64,000 nt of DNA, taken from positions 83,199-147,198 of the forward strand of contig JBHLMN010000016.1 of assembly GCA_048938105.1 (NCBI GenBank). The letters are read 5' to 3'. Positions 20,180 to 31,279 of this stretch are shown in pieces. This DNA comes from Promethearchaeota archaeon. Lineage in GTDB: Archaea; Asgardarchaeota; Heimdallarchaeia; Hodarchaeales; Hodarchaeaceae. Numbering within the stretch: position 1 is the stretch's first letter; each line of letters begins with the position of its first letter. The translations under genes and the position numbers were made by a program. Under the pieces are notes generated by a model, which was not told the origin of the DNA, did not search any database, and saw nothing but the letters and a program-made list of their open reading frames with translations.

Positions 20180-20893
20180 CTAAAAGCAGGTAATATTCAG
20201 AAAATCAATGGAGAGCCGTTGGGATAGCTTATGAGGGAAATTCAGGCTAAAAAACCATGATAAAAAATCAAAACAATGAGGAGTTACTGTTAAAATTGCA
20301 GTATCATGAGAAAAAACTACTTCCCTTGTTTGATTTTTTAGACTCCAATCGACTAATTTACAGATCTCACATGATCCAGTTATATCAAACTCTTGCATTA
20401 AGGTTGAAAACAATCTAGCATGATTTTTACTGAAGCTTATTTGTTTATCAAAGTAAAAATAAATATTCTTTGGTTCTAGTTTTAATAATGCCCGAAAGTA
20501 CGAGAATAAAAGCTCACGATCAATACGTAAATCTTTTTTAGAATGTAATGACGAAAATATATCTCTTAACACTCCGTCACGACAAATTATAACAGGATCG
20601 TGGTTTATAATGGAAAAAAACGTTATAATCTGGTTGTAGGCATCTATATGAAAGTTTCTGTTTTTTAATGAATCAGAATCCCCTATAAGATTGTTTTGAA
20701 TTAATTTAACTATGGTTAATGGTAGAGCTGCACGATTCAAGATGTTTCTTAATCTGTTATCTAAGGTATAATGATTTGATACGAAGGTAAGAGCACTTTT
20801 TTTAGGGTAATTACGATCTAATAAATAAATTAAATCACAATATGCTTGATTTATCATTTTATTATTCTTTATGGGAAGGTGAAAAGTGCACAT
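20180..20893 (-). CDS. DUF434 domain protein (PIN/NYN-like)
   Basis: DLIYLLDRNYPKKSALTFVSNHYTL, IDAYNQIIT, CRDGVLRD. Confidence 0.8.
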   Translation of the reverse strand: MCTFHLPIKNNKMINQAYCDLIYLLDRNYPKKSALTFVSNHYTLDNRLRNILNRAALPLTIVKLIQNNLIGDSDSLKNRNFHIDAYNQIITFFSIINHDPVIICRDGVLRDIFSSLHSKKDLRIDRELLFSYFRALLKLEPKNIYFYFDKQISFSKNHARLFSTLMQEFDITGSCEICKLVDWSLKNQTREVVFSHDTAILTVTPHCFDFLSWFFSLNFPHKLSQRLSIDFLNITCF

Positions 20894-21487
20894 TTATTCC
20901 ACCAGAATAAAATGATTATTGAGAAACCTGATCATTTTAAGAGTAGCAAGAAAACGATGTGAAATCACATTTTTCTTAAGACCTAAGTCACCAAAAGTAA
21001 GAATTCCATTACTTTCAGGGATAAAAATTGGGTCATAACCCCATCCTGTATCAGATCTGACATCCTCTAATATCTTACCTTTCACTCGTTCTGTGAAAAT
21101 TTTGATTTCATCTTCAATTTTCAAGGCAATAGTTGATTGAAAATAGGCTTCACGATCTTTAATTTCTCTCATAAGGCCTAGGATCCCGTATAAACCAATT
21201 GTTTTGAAAATATAGGCTGAATAGGGGCCTGGAAAGCCGTTTAATTTTTTTATAAAGAGACCAGAGTCTTCTACAAATATAGGATTGTTTTTTAATCTTT
21301 TTGAACAGTTTTTTAGTGAAAAGATAGCTATTTCTTCTAAATTTGATGATTGAATTTCTAGTAAGGATGTTTGCAAAAATTTTAGTTGAATTGATGTATG
21401 TTGTTTAAATATAGCATTAATTTCATTATATTTATGTATATTGCTTGTAGCAAAGAATACTCTTAATATTCTAGGTGAATCAAACAT
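20894..21487 (-). CDS. rdgB: Non-canonical purine NTP pyrophosphatase (RdgB/HAM1)
   Basis: FATSNIHK, EDSGL, GFPGPYS, GWGYDPIF, SHR. Confidence 0.95.
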   Translation of the reverse strand: MFDSPRILRVFFATSNIHKYNEINAIFKQHTSIQLKFLQTSLLEIQSSNLEEIAIFSLKNCSKRLKNNPIFVEDSGLFIKKLNGFPGPYSAYIFKTIGLYGILGLMREIKDREAYFQSTIALKIEDEIKIFTERVKGKILEDVRSDTGWGYDPIFIPESNGILTFGDLGLKKNVISHRFLATLKMIRFLNNHFILVE

Positions 21488-21625
21488 GAATGAATCTTAT
21501 TGTATTGGATGAAATAAGATTTATGTATCATTCAAATTCTCCAGTAAATGGTTATTAGTGGTAGTTAAATCATATCAAACTTAACAAAATGAGATTTTAA
21601 GATTTATTTCCCGGTGAAATAGTAA

Positions 21626-22084
21626 ATGGCGAGAATGCACGCAAGACGAAAAGGGAAAAGTGGATCTACTCGACCTATATGGAGGAAGACACCAGAGTGG
21701 GTTCCTTATTCTTCAGATGAAATTGAAAACCTAGTTGTTGAAAAAGCTAAAGAGGGCATTGGATCCGCTCAGATAGGATTGATTCTTCGAGATGCATATG
21801 CAATCCCAAGTGTTAAGAAGATCACTGGGAAATCAATTACAAGTATCATGAATGAGAATGATTTAGGGTCAAAAATGCCCGAAGATTTCCTGAATCTTGT
21901 TCGTCGAGCGTCAAATCTGCGCAAACATCTCGATAGCGGCAATAAAAAGGATAAACACTCAAGACGTGGACTTCAACTTATTGAATCGAAGATCAGACGT
22001 CTAGTAAAATATTATCGAAAAAAAGGTATTTTTGAACCAGACTTTAAGTATGAGCCATCTAAGGCTACACTTTATTTAAGATAG
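21626..22084 (+). CDS. rps15: 30S ribosomal protein uS15
   Basis: [27 protein letters not shown]. Confidence 0.98.
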   Translation: MARMHARRKGKSGSTRPIWRKTPEWVPYSSDEIENLVVEKAKEGIGSAQIGLILRDAYAIPSVKKITGKSITSIMNENDLGSKMPEDFLNLVRRASNLRKHLDSGNKKDKHSRRGLQLIESKIRRLVKYYRKKGIFEPDFKYEPSKATLYLR

Positions 22085-22178
22085 GTTGATTTCTATCTTT
22101 TGTAGTAAAGGTTTACACCTTTAACATATTGATCACATTCAAAAGTCGGAATAAAAAAGGATTTACGAAGGTTCTCCC

Positions 22179-23084
22179 TTGTCAGAACAAGACATTGAGT
22201 CATTTCTTCTAAAGATCTCTAATATGGAAGCATTAGCTCGAGATATCAAACAACAACGGGAAGAATTTAATCGAAAAGTTACTTCAATAGCCAATAAGCG
22301 GAATCTGTTGAATGAACAGGTTAAAGAGCTAATTAAAACCGCAAAAGAAGAACGAGAAAAGCGTGATAAATGTAATGAAGCAATTTCAAAGATCAAAGAA
22401 AAAAAATTGCTTTTACTGAAAGAAGTTGAAGGATTTGAGGAACAAGCTCGGAGGTTAGACCAGCAATTAAATGGAGCTCAGGAGAAAAAAGATCAACCCA
22501 AGCGCCGATCGGAACTTTCTGCGAAAAAAATACGACATAACATTCAAGAGTTAGAATGGAAGATCCAAACAACCTCTAATTTATCAATTACAGAGGAGAG
22601 AGAAATTGTTGAAAAAATTACTCGGCTCGAGCAAAAATTTCGTGAGGTTCGTGAAACAGATGTTGTTGCTCGAGATCTTAGAACCATAACAAGTCGAATT
22701 AATGTGTTAAAAGCCAGGTTCAGGGGTTTTGAAAATGAACTTCGATCTCAAGCTCGTGAAAGCAGGTTTCACCATAAAACAATGATCCAGGCATTTAAGA
22801 ACGCTGATATTTTACGAAAACAAGCTGATGAGCTACATGCGCAATTTTTAGAAACAAAAGAACAAGCAAATTCAATTCATAATGAATATCTTAGCTATAT
22901 TCGCGAAATAAGCCGAATTCGTCAAGACATTAATAAGAATAAACAAAAATATCGTGCTCAACAAGATGCTCAACGTCGTGAGAAGATTGAAGAAAAAACA
23001 GAGGATGCCAAGAAAAAATTTGAGGAAGGTCGAAAGCTATCGTTTGAAGAGTTTCGTACATTAATTGATAAAGGTTTAATCTAA
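22179..23084 (+). CDS. Conserved archaeal coiled-coil protein (COG1340-like)
   Basis: Heptad E/K/R/Q-rich; LEWKIQT..LS..EERE; C-terminal GRKLSFEEF. Confidence 0.8.
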   Translation: MSEQDIESFLLKISNMEALARDIKQQREEFNRKVTSIANKRNLLNEQVKELIKTAKEEREKRDKCNEAISKIKEKKLLLLKEVEGFEEQARRLDQQLNGAQEKKDQPKRRSELSAKKIRHNIQELEWKIQTTSNLSITEEREIVEKITRLEQKFREVRETDVVARDLRTITSRINVLKARFRGFENELRSQARESRFHHKTMIQAFKNADILRKQADELHAQFLETKEQANSIHNEYLSYIREISRIRQDINKNKQKYRAQQDAQRREKIEEKTEDAKKKFEEGRKLSFEEFRTLIDKGLI

Positions 23085-23191
23085 TATTCTTATAATTAAA
23101 TCAACTAAAATCTAATCAAAATCAAGATTAATAATTAACTAATATATTTAGAGTCTTCAAGAGATTTACCAATACTACGGAGAAAGTTAAC

Positions 23192-24580
23192 TTGACAAAT
23201 AAGACCTCATTTTTCGAGGCATGTCAATTAGTCGCTGAAGATATACAAAAAACTAAAAGTAATTATCCTATCCATATTTTTTCACATTTTGACGCAGATG
23301 GGTTGGCTGCAGCTTCGATACTTACTGCAACTCTCTCAAGAGAGGATATTAACTTCCAAATTCGCATTCTTGAGCGTTTGGAATATGATACATTGAATAA
23401 TCTCAAGGATACATTACCTCATGAAAGTACTGTCATTTTTTCAGATATAGGGACGGGTGTTATTGAAGCATTTTCACAGTGGACACAATCTCATGATATT
23501 TTCATCTTGGATCATCATTTCCCCACTTCAAAGGTTGAATTAAGTAAAAACATTAGACATCTCAATCCTCATTACTATTCTATTAACGGAACTACTGAAT
23601 TGAGCGGTGCAGGTGTAGCTTACTTTGTTTCTATTCATATAAATCCTCATAATAAGTATCTATCACCATTAGCTCTTATTGGAGCTCTAGGGGATCGTCA
23701 AGATCAGGGAGAACATTCATCTGTAGTGGGACTCAATGAACTCATTGTCAAAGACGCAAAAAAGCTAGAAACACTGTCGGATGATGTTTCTGTATGGTTT
23801 TTTGACCGAACTCGTCCCATTATCTCAGTTTTAAGACGTGCTGAATTTCTAGGTTTTGAGAATGAAATAGAAATCAGAGCTTTTCTGGAAAAGCTAAATA
23901 TTCCCTTTAGAAAAGGGGAATATGAAAGGCCTTTTTATGATTTAAATGAAGATGAATGTCGGCGTTTAGCATCTGAATTAATTGTACAATATAATGTAGA
24001 TCCTGATGAAATTTATAAAAGGGATTATCAGTTGAATCAAGAAAAAATAGACTTTTTAAGAGATGCTCGTGTTTTTGCATCAAAATTAAATGCTTGTGGA
24101 AAGTTACTCCGTCAAGACATTGGAATATCATTGTGTCTTGGTGACCGTCAGACAACTTTACGTGATCTCAAATTAGTAGAGAATGAATATTCTAGGATTA
24201 TAGCACAGAATTTGAACTGGGCATTATCTGAAGATCATTTACAGGAATTACCAGCCATTTATTTATTAGATGGACGAAAATCAATTAATGAGAGAATGAT
24301 AGGGACAGTAATTTCAATTCTCAGTTCTAGGAGAGAATTAAAACCAAAACCATTTTTAGGATGTGCGCTTACAGCAGCAGGAAAAGTCAAGATAAGTATG
24401 AGATTATCTCATTTTCAAAATCAACGGATGGATCTTGGTTCGATATTAAGTCAAATTATTCGAGATATCGCACCAGAATCAGAAGTCGGAGGACATGCTG
24501 CTGCTGCGGGAGCTATAATTTCTGAGAGTTATCTGAGTGATTTTATAGCTCAAGTTAACCAGTTTATTCTAGAAGGGTGA
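23192..24580 (+). CDS. DHH-family phosphoesterase, archaeal RecJ-like
   Basis: HFDADG, DHH, GALGD, GGHAAAAG; typical rps15-recJ-pcc1-rps3ae neighbourhood. Confidence 0.92.
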   Translation: MTNKTSFFEACQLVAEDIQKTKSNYPIHIFSHFDADGLAAASILTATLSREDINFQIRILERLEYDTLNNLKDTLPHESTVIFSDIGTGVIEAFSQWTQSHDIFILDHHFPTSKVELSKNIRHLNPHYYSINGTTELSGAGVAYFVSIHINPHNKYLSPLALIGALGDRQDQGEHSSVVGLNELIVKDAKKLETLSDDVSVWFFDRTRPIISVLRRAEFLGFENEIEIRAFLEKLNIPFRKGEYERPFYDLNEDECRRLASELIVQYNVDPDEIYKRDYQLNQEKIDFLRDARVFASKLNACGKLLRQDIGISLCLGDRQTTLRDLKLVENEYSRIIAQNLNWALSEDHLQELPAIYLLDGRKSINERMIGTVISILSSRRELKPKPFLGCALTAAGKVKISMRLSHFQNQRMDLGSILSQIIRDIAPESEVGGHAAAAGAIISESYLSDFIAQVNQFILEG

Positions 24581-24589
24581 TTATAGTGG

Positions 24590-24844
24590 ATGTCTATCAT
24601 AAATATAAACGTAATAATTAAGATAAGTGGATCTAAAGAGAGGGTCGAGATTATTCAAGCAGCTCTTGACCCAGATAATCTTACAGCACCACCTATGGTA
24701 TTTCATTCTGTTTGTGTTGCTGAAAGTCTGATCTATACAATAAAAAATGTAAAAAATATTGAAACAATGTTAGCTACCTTGATGGATTTATTATCTGCAT
24801 TACAAGCAACAGAGGGCGTCTTAAGATTACAAAGTAACCTTTAA
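24590..24844 (+). CDS. pcc1: KEOPS complex subunit Pcc1
   Basis: 84 aa with ALDPDN motif; conserved gene context. Confidence 0.75.
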   Translation: MSIININVIIKISGSKERVEIIQAALDPDNLTAPPMVFHSVCVAESLIYTIKNVKNIETMLATLMDLLSALQATEGVLRLQSNL

Positions 24845-25446
24845 TCCAAGATACCTTTCAAAATTCGCGTTTTTTGGACTTCTACTCCTTTCAATGGATA
24901 AATTGGTTTACACTGAAAATAGACAAGTGAAGATAACTTACCTCCAGTTGCTTCTCGAATAAAATCTTCACTACTGAGTTCTCCCGCGCGGTTTGCGATA
25001 ACATCTAACATTCTACGTCTAATTGCATCCTTTTTACTTGTTTTTGAACGATGAGCTGTGAAACCTGTAACCGTAACTCTAAAAGGAACACCATCTTTAG
25101 TTTTCACTGTACTGATACTGTCTATACGTGTTCGTCGTCGTCTAACAAGAAATCTTAGGTAATCTCTCGCAAAAGAATGGCCTTTAAATCTAGTTCGTGC
25201 TTTATTGCCAACAACTTCAACAATCTGAAACTCTAACTTCACATGCATCTTTGAATAATCATTATTTATGTCTGCAAGTGAAACTTCAATGACACGGCCT
25301 ATCAGTTTATCAGGATCATCAGCTATAGTTTCCCCTATAATCTTTTCCTCACCCTCTAAAAAACCGGATGGGGTGTAAATTTGATATAACTGCTTAGTAG
25401 ACCACTTATCTACCATTCTACGAGATGATCGTGACCGATGACTCAA
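24841..25446 (-). CDS. rps3ae: 30S ribosomal protein eS1 (S3Ae)
   Basis: DKWSTKQLY, IGET, RDYLRFLVRRRRTRID, IYPL..VEVQK. Confidence 0.97.
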   Translation of the reverse strand: MSHRSRSSRRMVDKWSTKQLYQIYTPSGFLEGEEKIIGETIADDPDKLIGRVIEVSLADINNDYSKMHVKLEFQIVEVVGNKARTRFKGHSFARDYLRFLVRRRRTRIDSISTVKTKDGVPFRVTVTGFTAHRSKTSKKDAIRRRMLDVIANRAGELSSEDFIREATGGKLSSLVYFQCKPIYPLKGVEVQKTRILKGILD

Positions 25447-26387
25447 TAACTATTAGCTCCTTATTTTTTACCGTCAAAAACATACAATAAGCCGAGATTT
25501 AGAGTGGTCTTTAAGAGTTCTGTTGTGTTAACTTCTCTGAAAATCCCAAATGTTTTCTTAATTAAACCAATCTAAGATAGACAGAATTCTTTATGCTATG
25601 ACAAAGATTTCCAAAGAAAGCACGGATAAGTTTTACTAATAATTCAAGTCAGTTAATTTGAAAACCTTTTCCTTTAAATGTGGGATGAATGACAAGAAAG
25701 GATGTTTTTAAGGACATTAAAGACAAATTGATTCTAGAAAACTCACATTAAGGGAGTAAGGGAATAAAGATTTATTTTCAAACACTAAAAAAGATTTTTC
25801 ATCTCATTCTGAGAGATCGTACAGACTTCTCAACTCTAGGAGGCTGTTGTTCACAAATGGAAGTCCTGGTGAAAATTGGATATATTAATATTATTTTTAA
25901 CTTTCAAAAACTGGATGAAAATCCAAGAGGAAGTACTCTTCAAAGTTATATATTGAGCTCTCAAAGAGATATTTTCCAACACATTTCTTTTTTTTGATTT
26001 AATTTTTGATAAAAAAAGAGTTAGAATTATATTTCCATTTCCTCTTCCAGATCTACTTCTTCTTCATTGTAGAATAATAGATAAGCCAATATTAAGAGAA
26101 GAGCAATAATAACCAAAGCACTAGCAATGAATCTCGCATAATACCAATTGATAAGCGCCAAAAATTAATATCTCCGTTGTTTTTTTAGCAAAATATTACT
26201 GAATAATGCTTCTTTCTTAATAAATTTAAATATTATATTCGAGAGTTTCTTAACTCTCCTCAAGCTTCAAATCTTTTTTTTAGTTATCTTCTGGATTTTT
26301 TCGAAATATGATCATTCTTGAGGTTCTAGAATCATTTCCTTTCGTTTAATCAGTTAGAACACAGTCGGGGACTAATGTCAATGAATT

Positions 26388-27872
26388 CTAAGAATTATTG
26401 TGATCGGCTCTCCACGCTTCTTTGTACTTTTCTGCCATTGTTTCTAAGTCTAGTGTTATATTTTCCCTACAAAAGGTTCTTGATCTAATTCGAAAGAATG
26501 TTGGGTAATTGATACATTCTCCAACCAACAAAGCCTCCCCAATTTCTAAATCAGGAATCATTTTAAGTGTAGAACGATCAATACCTTCAGAAGTTCTTCC
26601 AATAAAATCCTGGTCATAGGGGTTTCTTATACGAAGAATTAAATTGGTATTACATTGAGAAAGAGCTGTTACAGATAGATTTACAGGACGTTGTGATATT
26701 AAACATAATGAAGCATAAAATTTCCTTCCTTCACGCGCAATTGTTTCTATAATCCGTTTTGAAATAGAGCGAGAGCCTTCTGGGCAGAATTGATGAGCTT
26801 CTTCAACCACAAACAAAGATGGGGGAATTTTACCTATTCTACGTTGATAATAAAAGTATTTCAGAAAATGTAATACAATAATGCTTCGACTTCGTTGATT
26901 ATGAATCTCTGATAAGTCCAAAATAATTATCTTACCAGGTTGAAAAAGGTCTGCAAGATTAGGACTAGTTTCTGTAGAAAACAGATATGTGCGTTGTAAA
27001 GAGTATAACCAGCCAATTAGTGCTTCTTTTGTGCGAACATTGATTTTCTCTGAAGTTTCAATTTTTTGAATGATATCCTGTAAACCATAAAGATTTCTAT
27101 TCTTTTGTCGAATATTAGAAATGATATTATCTAAAACTCTCGTTTGGACTACTGAAATTTCTGGAATGAACTCCGAAATTTCCCACGCTGATAATTCTGG
27201 GACTCCAATTGATATGAAAGAACCATTAATGACTTCAATCTTTGTATCTTCTGCCTTGGTTGGTAAGATGTTGGAATATTCCCCATGAGGATCTATGACA
27301 AGAACACTCATTTTTCCAGTTTTGTATAACTCTTCCAATAGAATAGATATAGCATATGATTTTCCTGCACCAGATATTGCTAATATTGCAATATGTTTCC
27401 GTAATAATCTGGAAAGATTTATCTTTATTTTGACATTATTTGAAGGAAGATCTCCCCAATATATCCCATTCTCATCAAGACCTAAAAACTTCGATATAAC
27501 TGATGCTGAAGCAACATATACCTTTGACCCAGGAGAGACAGGAAACTTCAATCGGGTTATTCTGCTGTTTTCGAAATTTATTTCTCCAAGCGGTTTTACA
27601 TTTACCAAAGTGCTTTCCCATTCTTTGATAGGAAAAATGGCTTCATAATCTCGTGATGCAATCTCATGAATGCTTGAGTCTAAAGTTTCATAATAAGCGT
27701 TACATTTCTTTATTCCCGTAATAATACCTAAAACTGTTTGATTTTTATTCTTCGGAATGGTCACAAATAGTCCTCTCTCAATCTGAGGATGATCATTCTT
27801 ATCGAGGATTAATTCTATATTCTCTAGACTTGGTGAGTCTGATGTAGTAACTACTGTTCCAATTGTAGTCAT
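26388..27872 (-). CDS. herA: HerA DNA translocase/helicase
   Basis: HAS barrel, Walker A AISGAGKS, Walker B VVEEAH, IAREGRKF, SQRP. Confidence 0.93.
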   Translation of the reverse strand: MTTIGTVVTTSDSPSLENIELILDKNDHPQIERGLFVTIPKNKNQTVLGIITGIKKCNAYYETLDSSIHEIASRDYEAIFPIKEWESTLVNVKPLGEINFENSRITRLKFPVSPGSKVYVASASVISKFLGLDENGIYWGDLPSNNVKIKINLSRLLRKHIAILAISGAGKSYAISILLEELYKTGKMSVLVIDPHGEYSNILPTKAEDTKIEVINGSFISIGVPELSAWEISEFIPEISVVQTRVLDNIISNIRQKNRNLYGLQDIIQKIETSEKINVRTKEALIGWLYSLQRTYLFSTETSPNLADLFQPGKIIILDLSEIHNQRSRSIIVLHFLKYFYYQRRIGKIPPSLFVVEEAHQFCPEGSRSISKRIIETIAREGRKFYASLCLISQRPVNLSVTALSQCNTNLILRIRNPYDQDFIGRTSEGIDRSTLKMIPDLEIGEALLVGECINYPTFFRIRSRTFCRENITLDLETMAEKYKEAWRADHNNS

Positions 27873-27893
27873 GGTAATCTCACTTATTGTAAT

Positions 27894-28985
27894 TCAAAAT
27901 TTCCAGGGGGCCCTTTTTCTACGGTAAAACCAAAAATCTGGAGTTGGATGTCGAATACGTATAAGTTGGAAAAGCGCATCTATTTCAGTTTCCTTTATTT
28001 TCGCTCGTGCATCTGCTTCGACGATAGGTGCAGGAATTCCATAATTCTTGTTATATTGAGAGACAGGTAAAATTGCCTCTGAGATGAAATTAATCTCCTT
28101 TATAAGATCAGGTTGATCTCTATTAATCGATTGGAATAATTCTATACGAAGAGGGATGTCAAAGGGTGCAGTCTTAAGATAATATGCATAAAGCGCAAAT
28201 TCCTGACTAAATTTCTTTGATATGTTAAACTGACGGTAATAAGCCATAGATCGAACGTTGGGTTCTAAAAGGTAGTAAAACAGATCCATGTCACGACTTC
28301 TATTAATTATTCTACGGTAATCTAAAGAAAGAATATCAGCCAATTCTTCAGCAACGAAGGGAATAACTTGACCAAGGAATTTTGTGAACAAATTTAATCT
28401 ACTATCTTTAACAATCCAAGCCATTTTAATTCCCTGTTTTCTTGCAAGTAAGACTAATCTTGAAAGAATAGATAAATAACTCTGGTAATAATTCAGAATT
28501 TTTTGGTTCTTTGTAAGAGGTTTTCTTATAACAGGACTTCCATCTAAAAGAAGGATATCTAATTTTTTGGTACTCTGCTCAAGGACTTGAGATGCTATTT
28601 GCAATTCAGTAATCGCTCGGCGAATCGCTCCCATATTCTCGAAATCTATTGAAGATAAACCTACATCAGATACAGTGATCTCTAAGGGAGGGGTTCTAGC
28701 AGGATAATAGGTAGTTTTTTGAATTCCTTCTGCCGTGTAAGTCGAAAATACAGCGATGGCACGAAAAGCAAAGATATCAAAGCCAATAAACAAACGTGAA
28801 GCATATCCCCCATCAATGCCTCCCATTGTTAATCCCGAAATGTCTTGAGGGAATAGTTGAGTAAACATTCGGTTATCATAAATCAAATTATGTAGATGTG
28901 GAGGTAGATCTGAGAGATCAGGGTTTAAAGAACGCAAAATTTTACAAAATTCAATTTTTTGCGAATTTATTCTTGTTATATCCAT
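27894..28985 (-). CDS. nurA: NurA 5'-3' nuclease
   Basis: GIDGG, LLDGS, VKDS, YGIPAPIVEAD; adjacent to herA. Confidence 0.9.
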   Translation of the reverse strand: MDITRINSQKIEFCKILRSLNPDLSDLPPHLHNLIYDNRMFTQLFPQDISGLTMGGIDGGYASRLFIGFDIFAFRAIAVFSTYTAEGIQKTTYYPARTPPLEITVSDVGLSSIDFENMGAIRRAITELQIASQVLEQSTKKLDILLLDGSPVIRKPLTKNQKILNYYQSYLSILSRLVLLARKQGIKMAWIVKDSRLNLFTKFLGQVIPFVAEELADILSLDYRRIINRSRDMDLFYYLLEPNVRSMAYYRQFNISKKFSQEFALYAYYLKTAPFDIPLRIELFQSINRDQPDLIKEINFISEAILPVSQYNKNYGIPAPIVEADARAKIKETEIDALFQLIRIRHPTPDFWFYRRKRAPWKF

Positions 28986-29663
28986 TAAATAATCGTTTAT
29001 TTCATTAAAAGCATTTTCAATAATAGTATGAATGAATAATACTCTCCTAGATTACTATTACAAGCCATTTAAATACTTTGGAACATTTTTAATAATAGAA
29101 CAAGTTTCATTAAACTTGTATTCTTTGTTTATTTAACGAGTTCGAAGACTCTGTTATGCAATCTAGTTCCACTAAATAAGGTACCAATTTTTAGGTTAGT
29201 ATGAAGCGATTTTTGTAATGATTTTCATTTAATCCTGAAAGACTTTCTAAGACTGAAACCATTTTTTTTAGAATATTAAGTTAAATTTTCAGAATCTAGA
29301 TCGTCAAGAAGCCCCTGAATCCATTTATGAGTTATAAGCTAGAATTACCAAGGTTTGAACTACTTGTTTTTCTTACGAAAGATTACTAGGATTCTATAGC
29401 GAAAGTACCTTATTCACAAGTTGATTTTATTCTTAATTGGCTCTACAATAACTTTAGCAATCTCTTAAATATTCCTCCTGTATCATTTAAATAGAGCAGC
29501 AACAGCCGCTTCTTCTGGGTTCTTGCTGATCTTTATCAACAGATCCTGAGTCAAATGATTATAATAGGATGTAAAAATTACTAAGATCATTGGAACCCTC
29601 TTAAAATCGTTTTACTAAGGTTAAAATAATACATCCCACGTTTAAAGAAAGGACGGAAAATAA

Positions 29664-30188
29664 ATGGCTGACATTCCGGGTGATAAAGCTCAATCCGAAA
29701 TTATACGTCTGAGAAAAATCCGTGAAAATTTAAAACATAAACGGCCTTCTTTTCGGCGGATTGAATCTTGGCGTTATAAGCGAGTAAAAGAAAGATGGCG
29801 AAAAGCACGTGGGATTGATTCTAAAACCCGCAAAAAGAAAAGTGGGTGGCCAATTTCTCCAATGATTGGTTTTCGAAGTCCTAAAAAAGTTCGTTACCAG
29901 TCATCTTCAGGAAAAGAAGAAATTTTAGTATTTTCAACCGTAGATCTATCATTAATTGATGCAAATCGCCAAGTTGGTCGCATTGCAGCGAATATAGGAA
30001 GGAAAAAGAAAGAACAAATCATTATGGAAGCTGAATTACTCAATATTCATATTTTAAATCCTATTTCAGCAAAAATAGATTTAGGCGATCTTGAAGAAGA
30101 GTTAGAGCTTGATGATGAGCTCTTAGAAGAGATAGACATTGAAGATCTAGAATTATCAGAGGACGAAGAACTTGGTGAAGAAGAATGA
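29664..30188 (+). CDS. rpl32e: 50S ribosomal protein eL32 with acidic C-terminal extension
   Basis: RPSFRRIESWRYKR, WRKARGIDSK. Confidence 0.96.
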   Translation: MADIPGDKAQSEIIRLRKIRENLKHKRPSFRRIESWRYKRVKERWRKARGIDSKTRKKKSGWPISPMIGFRSPKKVRYQSSSGKEEILVFSTVDLSLIDANRQVGRIAANIGRKKKEQIIMEAELLNIHILNPISAKIDLGDLEEELELDDELLEEIDIEDLELSEDEELGEEE

Positions 30189-30652
30189 ACTTGACTCCCC
30201 AGAAGAAAATTGCGGCAAAAATATTAGGTGTTGGCGTCAGACGTGTTTGGATCGATCCAGATATAGAAGAGGATCTGTCATTGGCGTTGACTCGAGACGA
30301 TGTTCGAAAATTAATATCAGATAGAGTTATTCGAAAGAAGAGCATTAAGGGGGTTTCAAAGGGACGTACACGTTTAACACAAATTCAAAAACGACGAGGG
30401 CAACGAAGGGGTCATGGGAAACGTAAAGGACGTGCTGGAGCTCGACAACCTAGTAAAATGGGTTGGATCAACAAAGTACGGAGTCAACGGAGATATCTTC
30501 GTGGTTTACGTGATAACAAGCTTATCAGTCCAGCACAATACAGAAAACTCTATTTTAAAGTGAAAGGAAATTCCTATCGGAGTGTTACTCATCTTCGAAA
30601 CTCAATTGAAGATATGGGTATTATTAAAAAGCCCAAGAAGAAGAGGCGGTAG
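30185..30652 (+). CDS. rpl19e: 50S ribosomal protein eL19
   Basis: QKKIAAKILGVGVRRVWIDP, RRGHGKRKG. Confidence 0.97.
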   Translation: MNLTPQKKIAAKILGVGVRRVWIDPDIEEDLSLALTRDDVRKLISDRVIRKKSIKGVSKGRTRLTQIQKRRGQRRGHGKRKGRAGARQPSKMGWINKVRSQRRYLRGLRDNKLISPAQYRKLYFKVKGNSYRSVTHLRNSIEDMGIIKKPKKKRR

Positions 30653-30657
30653 TTCTA

Positions 30658-31248
30658 ATGGCTAGAAATGCAAGATATCGTATTCCTTTCAGACGTCGTC
30701 GTGAAGGGAAGACAAATTATCATTTGAGGAGAAGACTTGTTAGAAGTAACAGAATAAGAGCTGTTGTGCGTGTAACAAACAGTCATTGTTTAGTACAATT
30801 TGTAAAAGCCCGCATTGCTGGAGATGTTACTCTTTCTGCTTCACATTCTCGTGAATTGAAGAATTATAACTGGAATACTGCTACTTCAAATCTTCCTAGC
30901 GCATATCTAGTTGGATTATTAGCAGGATTAAAAGCAAAAGATGCAGGAATATCCAATGCTATTCTTGATATTGGGCTTAATCCTCCGGTATATGGCTCTC
31001 GTATTTTTGCAGCCCTAAAAGGAATTGTCGATGCAGGAATAGAGGTTCCTCACTCAGACAAGATTTTTCCTACTAATACTCGGTTAAATGGAACTCACAT
31101 TGCAGATTTTGCTAAAAGCCTTAAGGAAAATGATGAAGCGACATTCTACAAACAGTTCTCAAACTACACCAAACAAAAAATCGATCCAGTAAAAATACCT
31201 CACTTTTTTGATAAAACTAAGAAGGAAATTCAAGCAAAATATCATTAA
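30658..31248 (+). CDS. rpl18: 50S ribosomal protein uL18
   Basis: FRRRREGKTNY, NLPSAYLVG, LDIGL. Confidence 0.97.
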   Translation: MARNARYRIPFRRRREGKTNYHLRRRLVRSNRIRAVVRVTNSHCLVQFVKARIAGDVTLSASHSRELKNYNWNTATSNLPSAYLVGLLAGLKAKDAGISNAILDIGLNPPVYGSRIFAALKGIVDAGIEVPHSDKIFPTNTRLNGTHIADFAKSLKENDEATFYKQFSNYTKQKIDPVKIPHFFDKTKKEIQAKYH

Positions 31249-31279
31249 AACTGAAAAATTAATCTGGATGTTAATTGTA

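Noticed and set aside
25447-26387. Long intergenic region as a candidate replication origin
   Set aside because: No convincing repeated ORB elements and no adjacent cdc6/orc1
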